Source: Fistulifera solaris
Taxonomy: Eukaryota
NCBI GenBank assembly: GCA_030295235.1
Contig: AP026137.1
Coordinates: 372,001-436,000 of the forward strand
Length of the DNA: 64,000 nucleotides
Reading direction: 5' to 3'
Shown in pieces: positions 21,794-36,028 of this stretch. The notes beneath the pieces were generated by a model, which worked only from the letters and a program-made list of their open reading frames with translations, did not search any database and was not told the DNA's origin. The position numbers and the translations under genes are program-made. Numbering within the stretch: position 1 is the first letter of the stretch; each line of letters begins with the position of its first letter.

Positions 21794-24185
21794 TTATCCC
21801 TCCAGTGCAACCTTTTCATTAAACTCCCAGTTGGGTTGAACCGCCATTGCCCAGTTGAATTTGTCTCGGAGAGTCTTGGAGAAAATCTTTTCGATGGGAA
21901 CTTCATTGCGCTTGCAAAACGCTACAGAGATTCGCGGATCCATGTAATTGATCTTCGATGTTCCGAGGGACACCTCCTTATTATCGTCCTTGTGCTTAAG
22001 ATCCATCTCCATTTTATTTATCTTTGCAGTCCAAGCTTCGATTCGCTTTACCAATTGATCTTTCGTAGGCACCTTCTCCCAGAGATGAGCTTTCTGGAAC
22101 TTCTTGTCGGCAAGGTCGCGTTTCTTTTGCTTCGCCTTTTCATCGGCTTGTGTAGCGGCGATTTTCTCCTCGTTCGTTTTAGCAGCTTCCTTCATCTTCT
22201 TGGCCTTTTCAATAGCTTTTTGTACATCTTCGGTCATTTCTTCGAACGACTTGCGTACCGGGAGGCCACTCGAATCACCACTATTTAGTTTCTTCAGCAT
22301 TTGTTTGAGTTCCTTCTTTTGCTTCTTCAATGTTGCTAGCTTGCTGCCGATGGCTTCCAGTGCGGTCTCTTGCGCTTTTGAAACGGAGCGCTGGTGATTA
22401 CACAAAATAGCTACTTCTCTGTTTGCGTTGTTGTATTCTACGACTTTTTCCGTAGCAGTTAGGTTCTTCCATTGCGATCCGGCTTCGTGCTTGCGAAGCT
22501 CGTCTTGTAACGTCTTGGAAGCATTGTAAGTACGAAACACTTTCGCAGAGAGTCCATCCATAAATGTCTTCAGATGTTGGTTGAGTAGAGTCGGGTTAAT
22601 AGAGTCAAAAACCTCCTGATCGGGTTTCTTCTTCTTGCAGAACGACTTGAAGTTTTCATACACCTGTTCACCCATCCCGTTATTCTCATTATACATCGCG
22701 GCTCCAAAATCGATGGTTTGCTTGTACAACATAGAATCTTTACCGAGGAACTCCAATTTGATTTCACGGTTTTCGCCTCCTTCTCCATTCGGGTCGAACT
22801 CCAAGTGCTCAACGCGCAACGAGCAACATCCAACCGTGTCCGCTTCTTCGTCGGTATCTTTCTCACCTCCCACACGAAGTGCCAATCGATCAATCACCCA
22901 CACCGCCGTCGCCAGCTGCTTCGTTTCCTGATCTTTTGACTTCAAATCCTTCTTGTATGACTTCCGGATCTTCTCAATGTTGGAGCACAATAAGGCTGCT
23001 TTGTTGTATTTGGAGCGATCCGACTTTCCCTTAAAAGACGACTGAGCTGCCAGTTGCATGTACTTGGACTGATTGTTGATGTTTTCCTTCCATGTAGCGA
23101 GCCACTGTCCTCTCGGGTCGTGCTTGATATCACCCCAAGCATGTCCGGGTACCGAGCAGCGTGGCACAGCGGCGCATTGGGACAAGTTGAGGGATACTTG
23201 TTCCGGTGCCACACGTTGCTTCAGCTTTCCCATTTTCGGATGTTCGCCACGACCACGAAAGGTTCCAGGAGGTTCCATATTGTAGTTGCCCACCTTTTCG
23301 ATGTGCCCATCGACAATGGCATAGCCGAATCGAAACATAACTTGGTTTCGGTCGTCTTTGTTGGCCTTCCTCTGTTCATCCGTAATGGCTTTCTTGATAA
23401 TTTTCTGTTCATTCAAATGGCGCCGGATAGGTTCGAAGTCGCACTTTTTAAAGTCCTAGCAAAGAGTAAAATGATGTTAACTGACGATACGCTAGCAATG
23501 ACGCGCAAAAGAAAGCAAGTCTACCTACTTTGATGACGTGCTTCTTTCCCAACACTTCTAGAAAGTCGGCAAAGTAGTTTTTGATGAAGATTTTGGCTGT
23601 TTTGGGATCACCGAGATGCATACCTTCGGGATCCATGGCAGCAAAGAACGTGGCGGCCTCCTCTTGAACCGGAGTGAGATCGACATCTTTCCCATCATAC
23701 TTCATTTTGATTCCATGTGGGACGTATTCCTCCGGAAAGCTCACTCCAGAGTGTTCCATCGTACGCCACTGACAGCCCTCCGGGGGCTCTACGGAGTCCC
23801 ACCACAAGAATGACTGCATAGCATACTGTAAGCGCTCCGCTTTGTCGAGTTTCTTCAATGCTTTCACCGCAGTTTTCTTCATGGCCGTGTCGTCACTTTT
23901 GGGTTTATCGGGTTTCACGTCTTCTGTTTTCTTTTTTCTTCTTGACTGGGCCGGATACGACTTTGTCGGGTTTGCGCTTTTTCGAATCCTTTTCTTTATT
24001 CTTCTTTTTCTTTTTAAGTTGCTTCAGAGGAACGTCATCGTCATAGTCTTCGTCATTGATCTCGCCATCTTCTTCCTCAAGGCGTTTCTTCTTTTTCTTG
24101 GGCACGGCTTCGTCATTTCCATTCTTCTTTTCTTGGGCAAAACTTCGTCGTCCATATCGAACTCTTCTTCATCTGTGGAAGCCAT
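21794..24185 (-). CDS. TOP1: DNA topoisomerase I (type IB); intron 23456-23528; two poly-A frameshifts (~23932 and ~24128)
   Basis: Motifs [74 protein letters not shown] and catalytic SKINYMDPR. Confidence 0.97.
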
Positions 24186-24639
24186 GATGATGTGCCAAGG
24201 CGTTTTCAGATCAGTCTAGTTTGCAACGGTCTTATTTTTACGCTAAGTCGATGAAGTATGTGCGGAGAGGCAGCCAAAAAGGTGCAAAAATGCATTTCAT
24301 GCCGCGTAGAAAACGTACTGCGCTGAACGTAGAAAAGCAAACGGATCCGCGGTTTTTTGTTGAAGGGGAAAAACAAAAAGCCGGCGGACACCGATGACGG
24401 ACGACAACAGACGAGGTGTAAATAACGAGAACATGAACCTTAATCATGAAATTAAAGAACTCGCCGAACAGCCTCGTTAGGCATCATTCTGTCCTTTGGC
24501 ACTTCCTCGTCATATATAATCTTAACAAGACTATCAATTGATTAATGTTTAATACTTGTGTCTTGGTTTTGGGCGATCATGCAGTAGTTCATCTTTTGAG
24601 GTCGAAATCTTTGCTCACGGTAATTTTTGCGGAATACTT

Positions 24640-24920
24640 ATTATTTACTATAGACTTAAAGTGTTTTCTTGGCGTGACCCCGACGGCTTTTCAGTCATCA
24701 ATCAATATTGTTTGAAACCAGACTGCCATCAACCTTCGTAATACTGTAAGATTGATGACTTCTATTTGTTTTTTACCAATCCAATAGCCTACATCTGATT
24801 TTTGCAATGCGCTCCTTTCATCATGAACCCGAAAGCCTCTCTCAGATTGTTCTCTTCCGCATTTTTACTATAGATCGGAAGTGTTGTCTCAACGTGACCC
24901 CGACGGATTTTCAGTCGCGA
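24640..24920. repeat. Two ~220 bp units of the palindrome-bearing repeat family
   Basis: TTTACTATAGA...CGTGACCCCGACGG(C/A)TTTTCAGTC at ~24645-24696 and ~24864-24916. Confidence 0.75.
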
Positions 24921-25051
24921 GTGGCTTTTCGTTGTTATTATTCGACGACCATGACAATGATTGATGCGGCGTAACAATTATCCTAATTATTCAATTGATA
25001 TGTTATCAAGTATTCCACGTATATTAAGAATACAAGGATGTTATAATAAGA

Positions 25052-27045
25052 ATGCCATCGGATAAAAAGCCAGTCTACATTCCACGACAGAAACGGCTGC
25101 ATGGAGCCTTTCGTGGCGGCTTCTCGGCAGGCTATTTCAATACGGTGGGTTCGCGTGAAGGATGGACACCACGACAGGAGGAAAACATAGAACAGCGTCC
25201 CGAAGATTTTATGGATGAGCAAGATCACAATGAATGGGGAGGGCCATCGGCTGTTCATGCCGCCTTTCAACTCGGCGAAGCAAATCAACCCACTCTGTCT
25301 TTACTCTCAGGGGCTGTGGTACCACCAGCAAATGTTGGTCGGCAGCTGCTTCGCGCACTGGGTTGGCGGGAAAGTTCTTCATCGGCGTTTGTGCCGTCCG
25401 CGAGCACTTTCGACGCGGATAACACGGAAGAACAACTTTTTCTCTCGGCAAAACGACTTCGAAAGATACAGTTGGGTCAGATCAAAGTCGAAATACCTCA
25501 ACCCAAGCTAGATGCAGCAGGTCTTGGTTTTGAAAGATTCGCAAATGCACCTGAATTTGAAAAAGATCGTGAAAAGCGCCGCAAACTGCAAGCCAATCGG
25601 AGGAAAGTGTATCGAGTGGCCGATGCAATAGGAGGCACAAAGGTGGAGTCATTCACACCGACTACAAAAGAGATTGACGAAGATGATCCTTACGTGTCGT
25701 TTGAAACCGAAAATGATTTTGTGGGAAGTAAATCCGTCGGCGGTTTTGCACTGCATGAGGACGAAGACGACGCCTATGATGACGAGGAGGATATTTCCAA
25801 ACTAACGGGGAAGGTGAATATTGATCAAGACAACTATGATAATGTTGCGTACGAGCACCAGGACAGTAGCGACGAAGAAAAAGTATCATTACAACGGAAC
25901 TCAAATGGATCAAAGGGAGTAGCATCGGTTCTCGGGAGTGTCTTATCAGCGTGGGCATCGGCGTCCGCACCGGAAGGTGGTGTGAAAAAGCAGGCCGTGA
26001 CCTCAGATGGCAGGCCCGTACTGCCAGGATTTGTCCTCGGAGGCACGGACTCCAGTTTTGCTACTTCGCATCGATTCCCTGGCCCTGCTTTACCAGATGG
26101 CTATGAAGTACAGCCTCATGTTTTTTCAGCGGAAGATCACCCACTCGTCATTCAAGCTCTGTCTCACGCGGAGAAATTGGCAGCATCTTCCGAACAAAAG
26201 ATGTCAATCGTCGAGAACGCGTTAAAGGCAAACGCAGCAGTCAATAAACCCACACGCTTGCATCAAAGGGTATATTTGACGGTGTACGAACAGATATGAG
26301 CTCGCGCTTTGTCACTTCGACATCCGTCATGGAAACGCTGAACGTTCCCGTGGCGGGGCTATCCACGGCCGCGAACTACGAAGCATCGCAGGCACTGACT
26401 CGATCGACGGATAGGACAGAAAATAAGAGTTCCCAGACCAAGAAAATAAGTATTACAAGGACGGCTATCATCTTTGTACCGGAGCCCTTATTATGCAAGC
26501 GTTTCCATGTGACCCCTCCCGAGCATACGAAATCGATGGTGGTGGCGCAACCGAAGGAATCACGAACACGGGAGGAAGCGTATTTTCAAGACGAAATCAT
26601 GGCGAAAGTAAAAGTCGCGCCTTTGAATGAAAAGGCGATTGAAACGACGGAGACGGAAGGGCGCGATGTTGACGGACTGGACGTCAAGGCCCGGCCTTCC
26701 ATGGAAGTTTACAAATCGATTTACAATGTCGCTGACGACTCTTCTGAAACAACGGATGATGAATTTGATGCGAAAGAAACTAATAGGACAAAGACTGGTA
26801 ATTTGGATAAGAGTTTGACTGAAACAATGTTTTCAGCAGAAGACCAGCTTGTGCCGTACAGGAAACGAAGCCAAAGATCCCCATCGAGCTCTGACGCTTC
26901 TTCGTCGACGCGCAGCGACAAACGACGAAAGCGGGACAAAAAGACCAAGAAAGAACGAAAGGAACGTCGAAAAAGCGACGATCGTAAGCGTAAAAAGAAA
27001 AACAAAAAGAGTTCCAAACGGAAGCGAGATCGAGATAGTGACTGA
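25052..27045 (+). CDS. G-patch domain protein 1 (GPATCH1/TOUGH-like); frameshift at ~26248
   Basis: RLHGAFRGGFSAGYFNTVGSREGWTP (DUF1604-like), G-patch VGRQLLRALGWRE, PEPLLCKRF, RPSMEVYKSIY and a K/R-rich tail. Confidence 0.88.
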
Positions 27046-27415
27046 GATACACATAGTTTGTCACTTTGTATATTTGCTAAAAGCAATACTTTAGACAATC
27101 AATTGCACATAACGAAAGTCTTAGTACGGTACCTTGGCCGCGATTTCTTCGTTGGACCGCCCTAGTTTTTGATCGGTGAACGCGGGCAGGCATGATCTAG
27201 AAACGGACGAGGACAGGCCGAGCCACTCTCTAAGCGCGCGCTGCGGGCGCGCATGCGACGAGCGCCGCGCGGCTTGCGGTCATCCGAAAAACGGCCAACG
27301 GTCTCGAAAGCGCCTATAAACGCCATTTCGCTTTTACAGCGTGCGCAAAGCTCTTCCTCTTATTTTACTCGGAAGTGCCCTGAAAGCAAAATAAATTCAA
27401 AGTCTTCTTTGCATC

Positions 27416-29864
27416 ATGTCTCTCTCAGGTGCCGGCAAACTGGGCGCCCCAACGTGCTCTTTCGATCCCCGACGACATGCCTGGTATCCTCCCACCGTCG
27501 ATACGTCGACGCCCCTGGCGCAAGGTCACTTGATGATGAACAATACACTGACCGGATCCAAGCAAGCCTTCGTTCCCGTCGATGGCCGCACGGTACGCTG
27601 GTACACGTGCGGGCCGACCGTCTACGACAGCAGTCACGTCGGTCATGCTCGCACGTACTTGAGTTTGGATATTATGCGTCGCATTATGACCGATTATTTC
27701 CATTACAACGTTCTGTATCACGTCAACATTACGGACATTGATGATAAAATTATCATGCGCGCCCGTCAGAATGTGCTGATTGAGAACTTGATTGACGATG
27801 CCACGAAGAATGGGAAATTGACGCTGGAGGAAGTGAAAGCTATGATCGGAGCCGCTGTGGTGGAAGCGAGTGAAAAAGCGGAGAAGAAACGCCAGCAAAT
27901 CGAGGAAGCGTTAACAGAGGCGACGGAAAAACAAGATTCGCGTTCGCGTATTGAGCAAGAAGGACTCTTGGACCAGCAGAAGCTGAAAGTATCGAATCTC
28001 GCGTCAGAAAAAGCAAGAATTGACGCTGCCTTGAAGGACTCAGTTATTAGTCAGGATGCCAAGCAACTCATCCTGGTGTCAAAGTTAGTCCTAGCAGACA
28101 AATTAGACGCAGAAAAGGGACATCTGGTGACCGATCATAGCGTCTTTATCAAACACGCTCGATACTACGAAAAAGAGTTCATGGAAGACATGAAAGCGCT
28201 GGGTATTCGCGAACCGGATGTTTTGACACGCGTCACCGAGTATATGCCTCAAATTATTGTGTTCATTGAGAAAATCGTTCAGCGGAACATGGCTTACGAA
28301 TCCAATGGAAGTGTGTACTTGTCTTTGGATGCGTTCCAAGCGGCAGGTCATAATTATCGGAAGCTTAGCCCCGCGGCGGCTGGTACGGAGACTTCGGCTG
28401 CGGAACTAGCCGAAAGTGAAGGTGCATTGAGCTCCGGCAGTGAAAAACGCAATCCGAACGATTTCGCTCTGTGGAAATCATCCAAGCCAGGCGAACCTGC
28501 CTGGGACTCACCGTGGGGACCCGGGCGCCCTGGTTGGCACATTGAGTGCAGTGCCGTTGCCAGTGACATTCTCGGAGAAAATCTCGATATTCATTCTGGA
28601 GGAGAAGATTTGAAATTCCCACACCATGACAATGAGTTGGCGCAAAGTGAAGCCTGTTTAGGAGCTTGTTGTGGCGGAGGAAGGTCCGACGAATGTCATC
28701 AATGGGTCAACTATTTTACCCACACTGGACATTTGCACATTGAAGGACTCAAAATGTCCAAGTCGCTCAAGAACTTTGTCACCATTCGAGAAGCTCTAGA
28801 AAAGAATTCTCCGCGTTTGCTTCGCATCTTGTTCTTGATGCAAGGATGGGATCAACCTATGAACTACTCACAACAGACGACGGATGATGCACGAAGTAAG
28901 GAAACGACGTTCAAGGCATTTTTCCGCCAAGTAGAAGCGCTGGCTCGTGGTGATTATTTAGCAGATGAGGTCGGTTGGCGCATGGGAGAGCACGACCGTG
29001 AACTGAGTCATGCTTTACTGGCTGCACAAAAGAAGGTGCACGAGAGTTTGCTCGATAACTTCAACACCAAAGAAGCAATGCTCGCTTTACTGCAAGTCAT
29101 TAGTCAGGCCAACGTCTATCTTCGCATTCCAGACGTCAAACCGGCTGTACTGACACTCAAATCAATTGCGATCTATGTCACTCAAATTCTCAAAGTGTTC
29201 GGAGTGGTACGAGGAAACGACGATTTTGGATTCGAAATGTCCGGTGGCGATGATGCTGGAGGGTCGAGTGCCGTTGGACCCATGATTGACGCTTTGGTCT
29301 CCTTTCGTACGAAAATCCGCGACGAGGCGCTCTCTGCAGTAAAGAACAGCAAAGATGACCCAACTTCAGCGGCAAAGGCAATCCAAGCCATTTTGGAGAC
29401 GTGCGATGCTTTACGTGATGAAATTCTCCCGACCGTAGGAATACGATTAGAGGATCGACCCGAGGGAACGTTGTGGAACCGTGAAGACCCTGCAACAATG
29501 ATGAAAGAACTAGAAGAAAAGAAAGCACGTGAAGCCGAGTTGCGAAAAGGCAAGATCGAGAAGAAACTTGTAGCGAAGGAGAAAGAGTTGGCAAAGTTAA
29601 GAGATTCGCTACAAGTTCCGGATCAGATGTTTCGAACAGACGAGTTTAAGGAATGGGACGAAATGGGTATACCGACCGTAAACGCTGACGGTACACCCGT
29701 AGGCGCAGGTCAGATCAAGAAGAAGAAAAAAGGCGATGGAGAAGCAAATGAAGATGTACGAAGAATTAATGAGTAAAGCGGATGGAAATCCACAAGCACT
29801 GTTGCATGCAACAGAAGCGGAAGTAACTAAGCTGCAAGAAGAATTAGCAGCTCTATCGATTTAA
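27416..29864 (+). CDS. CARS: Cytosolic cysteinyl-tRNA synthetase; poly-A frameshift at ~29726
   Basis: Motifs WYTCGPTVYDSSHVGHAR, NITDIDDKII, DFALWK, GRPGWHIECS, FPHHDNE and KMSKS. The shifted frame continues to TAA at 29862-29864. Confidence 0.97.
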
Positions 29865-30261
29865 CACTCTAAACTAAGGTGTCTTGTTTGTTACTACGTA
29901 CTTCGTATTACCAAAAAGGAGCGATGGAATAACTGTTACCAGGTAATACTGTATACTAAACCTGTCGATACCGTTTCCAAAGCTTTAAATCAGCTAGTCT
30001 CCTCAACGGACACAATATTGTGTCTTACTGGTTTGATAATTATCCGTTGATTACCCCCGAAAGCCTTTTGCATCATATCATGATCCGTCTTTGTCCTTTC
30101 GTACGTTACAATAATTGATTGAGATCGACAACCATGGCAATATTCTAAGGCAAAGCGCAATCTTCATTATTCCTTCTACCGATAAACATTATCTCATTCA
30201 AGAGAATGCTACCGACTGTATAAAGATACCTAGCGTATACCAACTGGCGTGTTTGAAAAGA

Positions 30262-33200
30262 ATGGCAGCGATCACTGAAGAGCGGGCACCCGAGACGGAT
30301 GATGATTCTTGTGACGCTTTGAGTGAACGCTTCACTGCACTACTCAACAAGAATAGTGCTTTCCGCTGGAGGCGGTGCGATCCACTGCTCAATATTACTG
30401 AAGCTGAAGCTACGGATCTTCAATGGACTACGCCCCTCATTTCGAGGGCCAACTGGACGATCCTAAAAGTTAAATGCAACGCACTCACCCAAAACGATCT
30501 GAAGGCCCTTTTAGTATGGAAAGGCGGACAGCCATGGAGGTCTTCTCTTCAATTCTTTGCTACAATACTCTTATTTTCGATTGTTGTGGGAGTCTTTGTG
30601 ATTTCTCAGTTGCTGCTGGCGGCCTCTTCCATTTTGATTTGGGTTGTCTGGAAGTCTATGTCATTACTCATCGATTGGGAAGAAATATACGTCACTTGGT
30701 GTCCCCTTTGGTTTCAAAATCATGTACCAAGAGCTTTGAAAAGATCATTTGACTGGATTGACGCATTTCTCTTTGCTGGGAGACGGTTTGTCGGCCGAGA
30801 ATGGACGGAGAAGGACATCCTTTGGCAACAACCCATAATAGCACTGTTTTCGCTTGCGGAACAATCTCCTCCGAAAGAGAGTTGGGAAAAATCCATCTTA
30901 GAAGCGCCTCCTCCAGCGCTGAAACATCTCGGACGTCGTCATTCACTGGAGCCTCGTTTCGTTTGGACATGGATGAACCGTTCTCGTAACGACCACGATC
31001 AGGAAAATGCAAAGTGCTTTTATGGAACTAGTTGGTCCACCGCAGAACATGCTGTGGCGCTTCATTTTTGTTATCTCATGCTGTCCGACGAGCAGCTAGA
31101 CAACGACGTATCAAAAACGGCTACATGCATAGAGAAAGGCAAGCAAGAGCAACCGACACTTCAGATTTTTCATGAGGTTCAAACACGCAGTAGTGAAGTC
31201 AACACCGATTCAAACGAACCACAAGGAAATTCAGAGGAAAGGACATCTTTTGGACGCTCGCAAAAGACGATCTCTCGAAACTGGTCATTTCTCAACATCA
31301 GTCAGATTCTACCTTTGTAAAGTTCATCGATTCGCCGTGTCAAGCTGAAGCATTTGAAGTAAAAGTAGCGTCGCCTGAATCCGGTGCAGGTCAGCAGGAA
31401 AACCAGCGTTCCGTGCCACTTGCCATGATGCAACTGGACGAGCTGTCGCAGGCGTCGAAGGGCTCAGTGCGATCAGAAATGTCAGATGTCGAAGCAGATT
31501 TACCGTGGATAGATGTTGGGGCCAAAATAGGAATGCGGTTTCTAAATTCTGCTCAAGCGCAGCGAACCGCTATACCTCAAGAAAACGCGGAACTTTACAA
31601 TGTTGGCACCACCAAGCGGGTTGGCGACGAGGAAGGGTCTACACCTGGGAGAAAGCAGCTCCACAAGCCAATTCATTCGATGTGGACGTCGACCATGTCG
31701 GTTCCTCTTGGTAGTCCGCTGAACGAGGAGAAAAGCGACTTGCCGCTAGATAGCTCCAACTTGATGTTACGTTCACCACACCGCACCAAACATGACAATA
31801 CGGCCCCCTTCCCGCAATCTGCAATTTCATCGGTCGAGGATCCAGAAGAAGATCGCGATGCAATTGAACCGACTTTTACTGAAACGATCATCATGCGAGA
31901 TTCAAGCGAAAGTAAATCAGCTTTTTCTGTCGACTACGTTATACAAGAAGACGATACTGGAGTGGCTTTGTTGGCATCAGAGAACGGCGATGTCGAAGCC
32001 AGTCAGGTTAAAGAACGATCATACCCCCACGTTCGTCGACAGCCACTCTCTGTTGGTGTCAAAGTGGCCATACCCATTACACCGTGTCAGCCTGGCATGA
32101 AGAATCGAATATCATCATCAAAATGTCAGATGGGCACAGTTGTGCACAGTCAGCGCATTTTTGTGAGCAACAAGATCTCGCCGTGCAACATATCAGGAAC
32201 AAATGCAATTTCAGTAACATGCAAACTAGACCGTTGCTTTCTTCGCAATGGCGACTTCTCAGAGTTAACCTTTCGCGTAAAAGATGAATGGAAGGACCGA
32301 TACATGCCTCGGCACTCAAAAGTACCTATTGGCTCCTGCGTTTCGACCTCGTTTGGTGTGGGAGTCCTGGTTGGCTGGAGATTCGAAGACGATTGTCACG
32401 TCGTCAGATGTTTGTGGCAAAGGAGAGGGGACGGTACTGCACATGCTTACATGAATCGAAATGCAATCCATGGAATGATTGAGGCTGCGGTCGGTTTTGA
32501 AATCGGAACAAATAGTGGTGAAGGCGTGGTACTGGCTTGTGTGCAAGGCGGGAAAACTTTTGAGTCGCCGCGGTTTCTTGTAGCACTTACCGACGAAGGA
32601 AAGCGCAACGGCAAGGTTATCGACGTAAGTCGTGAGGACATAATGCATTGCCATGGTGCTCAGTTCATTCCCGTGATTGAGCATATCAGAGAAGCTGCGA
32701 TTTTTCAACTCCAGGTCGACACATACCGTGCAGCGCTCCGTGAGCAAAGACTAGAAGGGAACGTTGCAGATGATGACGACGACGACGACGACGATTTTGA
32801 AGATGAATTCGTTTGGGATTCGTGGTATAAATGTGTAGAAATTATTTGGCAAAGTTTTCTAAGAGCGGTTGATGAGAACAAGGAATTCGACGAAGGCTTG
32901 AATGAGTTTGTTGCTGACATAATTGATTTCCTCGAAAATCTGGAAGGAAAAGAAGGCGGGCATATCGGTGATGACGCGAAAGACGAAAACATTGATGATT
33001 CCGATGAAGTAGACACCAAGGCACACCTTAATCCTCCCGATTCTAGGTTTTGGCTAGTCAGCGAAGTATTCGGGGACCTGTTTGAAAATGATGGGGGACA
33101 AGAGGTCGAGTTGGTGGATTTAGATTGTCAACCTTGTCGCCAGTTACAAAATGAAGCTACAAACGGTAGAAAGAAGCGCTACTTTGAGCGAGCCTTCGTG

Positions 33201-35819
33201 GTGATCAAGGTTCTAATGAGAACAGTATCAATCGCAAGAGCCGAAAGTGTCGATTTCCCGGTAAGTTATCCGCGAAGCGAATGCCTTTACCCGACACGTC
33301 TCACCGGCCTCAACAATCCAAAGCGCTTTCGTCTTTCGCTTTCCATTACGTATGAGTTTCTAATATTCTGCCGTACAGTGCTTAAGGTACAACAGAAGAA
33401 TTCAGTACAATCCCTTGAGGTACGTATTTCTCATTGAAGAGAGTATGTTTCATGCACTTACTGACTTGTTGTTAAAGGTTTGGAAACGGGCATGGCGTGA
33501 GATAGTGACGACTTTTGGTCCGATGAAGCGGCGATTAGAGCGAATAGGAAAAGCTATACTGCACAAAATGGAAACTCAAGGTAGAAAAGCGAAGATGCAG
33601 CTCAGTAAATTAGTGACTTTACTGCTGCACGATGAGAGGCTGTTGGTCGCCATCGAACGCGGTGACTGGACAAGGTGTGTTACTCAAATTGAGTCGGCTC
33701 TACTCAGAGCTACGATTATTGAGGAGAAAAGTGCGACGTTTTACCGAAAGACGATTTTATTCATCGTGAAGCATATTCAATCGGTCTTAACTAAGGATAA
33801 TGAAGCAGCCAATAGGAACAATGCAAAATTTGTATTGTTTCTCAAAGCAATTCAATCCCTAGCCTCTCCGCGAAGAACGCTTTTAAAGTTCCTAACACGC
33901 AATGACATTATGGAGTTCTTGGAAAGAATTCTCGTGCGCACATATTACCGCGAAGATGCTGTCACTCGCATGCTAAATATCCATGCATCAAACTTCACTT
34001 CAGTGCGTCATCTCCGAATGCTGAAAGATTTTTCGGTAGCTGGTCGCATCTGGATTCCGCTTCTCGACGCAGCAGATGAAGAATGCTCATACTTGGTATC
34101 ACACCTTCCTGAAAACTCGAAAGAATTCATGTGTCCAATATCTAGTCTTTTCTCTTTGTGCGTGGCCCAATTTCATAAAATTAACGCTGGCGACCTTTCC
34201 AAAGACTGGCTGGAATTCCTTCTAGAAGAAGATTCGGCCCGCATAATCCAGGATCTTGATATGAAGCTTATTCTATCGTTAGAGGCGTTTTCGAAGGACG
34301 TGAGGGAAATGCTTGAAGTTCTCCCTTATTATTCAAGGTAAGCAAACTATTCAGGAAATCAACGACAAATCCTCTCCCACTCACGCAATAACGTCACGAT
34401 CCAAGCATCGATGATGATTTTTTAAATTTGATAGACGAGGTTGATCTCGAACAACTAATGAAAGATGTCTCAAAGGCCATGGACGAATCTGATGACCTCT
34501 CCCAGTTTCTACGCGAAAAGGCGACGATTGCAATTGAAAGATTCTTGGTAAGTCCATCACTACAAAAAAAACATTTTGCCGTGTCACTACTCTCAAAATG
34601 TTTTTGGTCATGAACAAAAGAATTATCTGCCTAAGCTTTCGATCCCTGTAGAGCGTAGAGATCTTGGCGGTGAATTGGAGGGATGGATTCTGACTTGCCG
34701 CGGCGAAAACGGCGGTGATTTGACTCTTTCCGATGTGAATATTCGTCGAGAAAATTTGGTTTGTCAGGTCATGGGCGGTGAATCAATATTTTTTCCTATG
34801 TTCGGTGATAGCGAAGACGCTAACTCGATGAGAGATTCGATCATTCCACAGGAAGCCTACGATCCGTCTGCCGTATACGTTGAAGAGTCAATACTGGATG
34901 AGATACGCAAGCTTATTCTTCAAGCTCAGCGTCACGGTTGCTGGAAGGTCGGAGTCGGTGGGATCGGCCAGGTAAGTCTGACTGTCACGGTTTCGACAAG
35001 CTGTAGGGCTTGACTTATATTCGTTTGCTGCAGCCTGCTTCAGATAGATATATTGCCTCTGTGCTCCAAGATCTCCCTATTTCCTCTGTTCTCAATTGCG
35101 GCATCGAGCTTTGGAGAAATTTGGAAATCGATGACGATGAGTTGATGGAAATTGCCATCCGTGATGTTTCGTACCAAATTGAATTGCACAAAGACGCGGT
35201 GGAGCATGATGAGCTCAATCATGTGGGAGTAACAGACTCAACACTACCACTCGATAATCGTAAATCAACTTCTAACGAGCCACAGAAGGGGATGCGGCCT
35301 TGTCGATTCAATCCTCGCATTGACCCTACAATTCTTTTCTTAGACATGAAGAATCTCAAGTTGCATCTGGATAATTTCTTCTTCCGAATTGAAAAGAAAA
35401 AGAACCGTACTATCTTCGATCCAGTTTTCGAAGGAAGGGGTATGGTTTCATTGCAAAACTTGTCCATTCGGCTTCGAATAGAATGCGCCAAAAATAGGGT
35501 TGATCACTACAGCAACAAAGGAACAAACTGCTCCCCTGTACTACATCTGCGCGAACTTCACGTCACGCTGGAAAAGATCAAGCTTAGAATAAAAGATACT
35601 GGTTTCGGATCTGACTGGGTTTTGAACCAAGCTGTTCACGTTTTCCAGGAAGCAATTACCAAGGTTGTCGAGGATAATTTAAAGGAGCAAATCGAGGCTC
35701 AAATCAGGAAAACCATGGATATTGCAAACGCGTACTTTGTCACAAATCCACAGCTTTTTTTGAATCTTCTGGGGATTTCTCTAGACGATCTCGACGACGA
35801 CAACATATTGTGGGTCTAG
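30262..35819 (+). CDS. Large multi-exon hypothetical protein: N-terminal TM region, SH3/KOW-like TxxGxG repeats, C-terminal TULIP/BPI (HAM1-like) domain
   Basis: The ORFs join through a homopolymer frameshift (~31262) and GT-AG introns starting at ~33261, 33420, 34338, 34547 and 34972. C-terminus: LHVTLEKIKLRIKDTGFGSDWVLNQAVHVFQEAITKVVEDNLKEQI. Confidence 0.65.
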
Positions 35820-36028
35820 CTTAAATGCAGTAATGACTCCTTTACTTAGGATTTACGTGACTCCATCGCGAAAAAATATGGAATGCTTTTGAAACAAGAC
35901 TTTACCGGCTGCGCTGCAGCAAACATCCGGCATTTAAACCAAGAGAATAATATAGTCTTGATTCTTCAAACGGCAGTATCAGCTCCGTTTTGTCGTCACA
36001 TTTGAGTAAATAAGTTGGATACTTCGGA

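Noticed and set aside
27232..27275. Dense CGCG/GC-rich patch upstream of CysRS as a structured RNA
   Set aside because: It is short, with no convincing extended stem or RNA family signature; more likely a promoter element.
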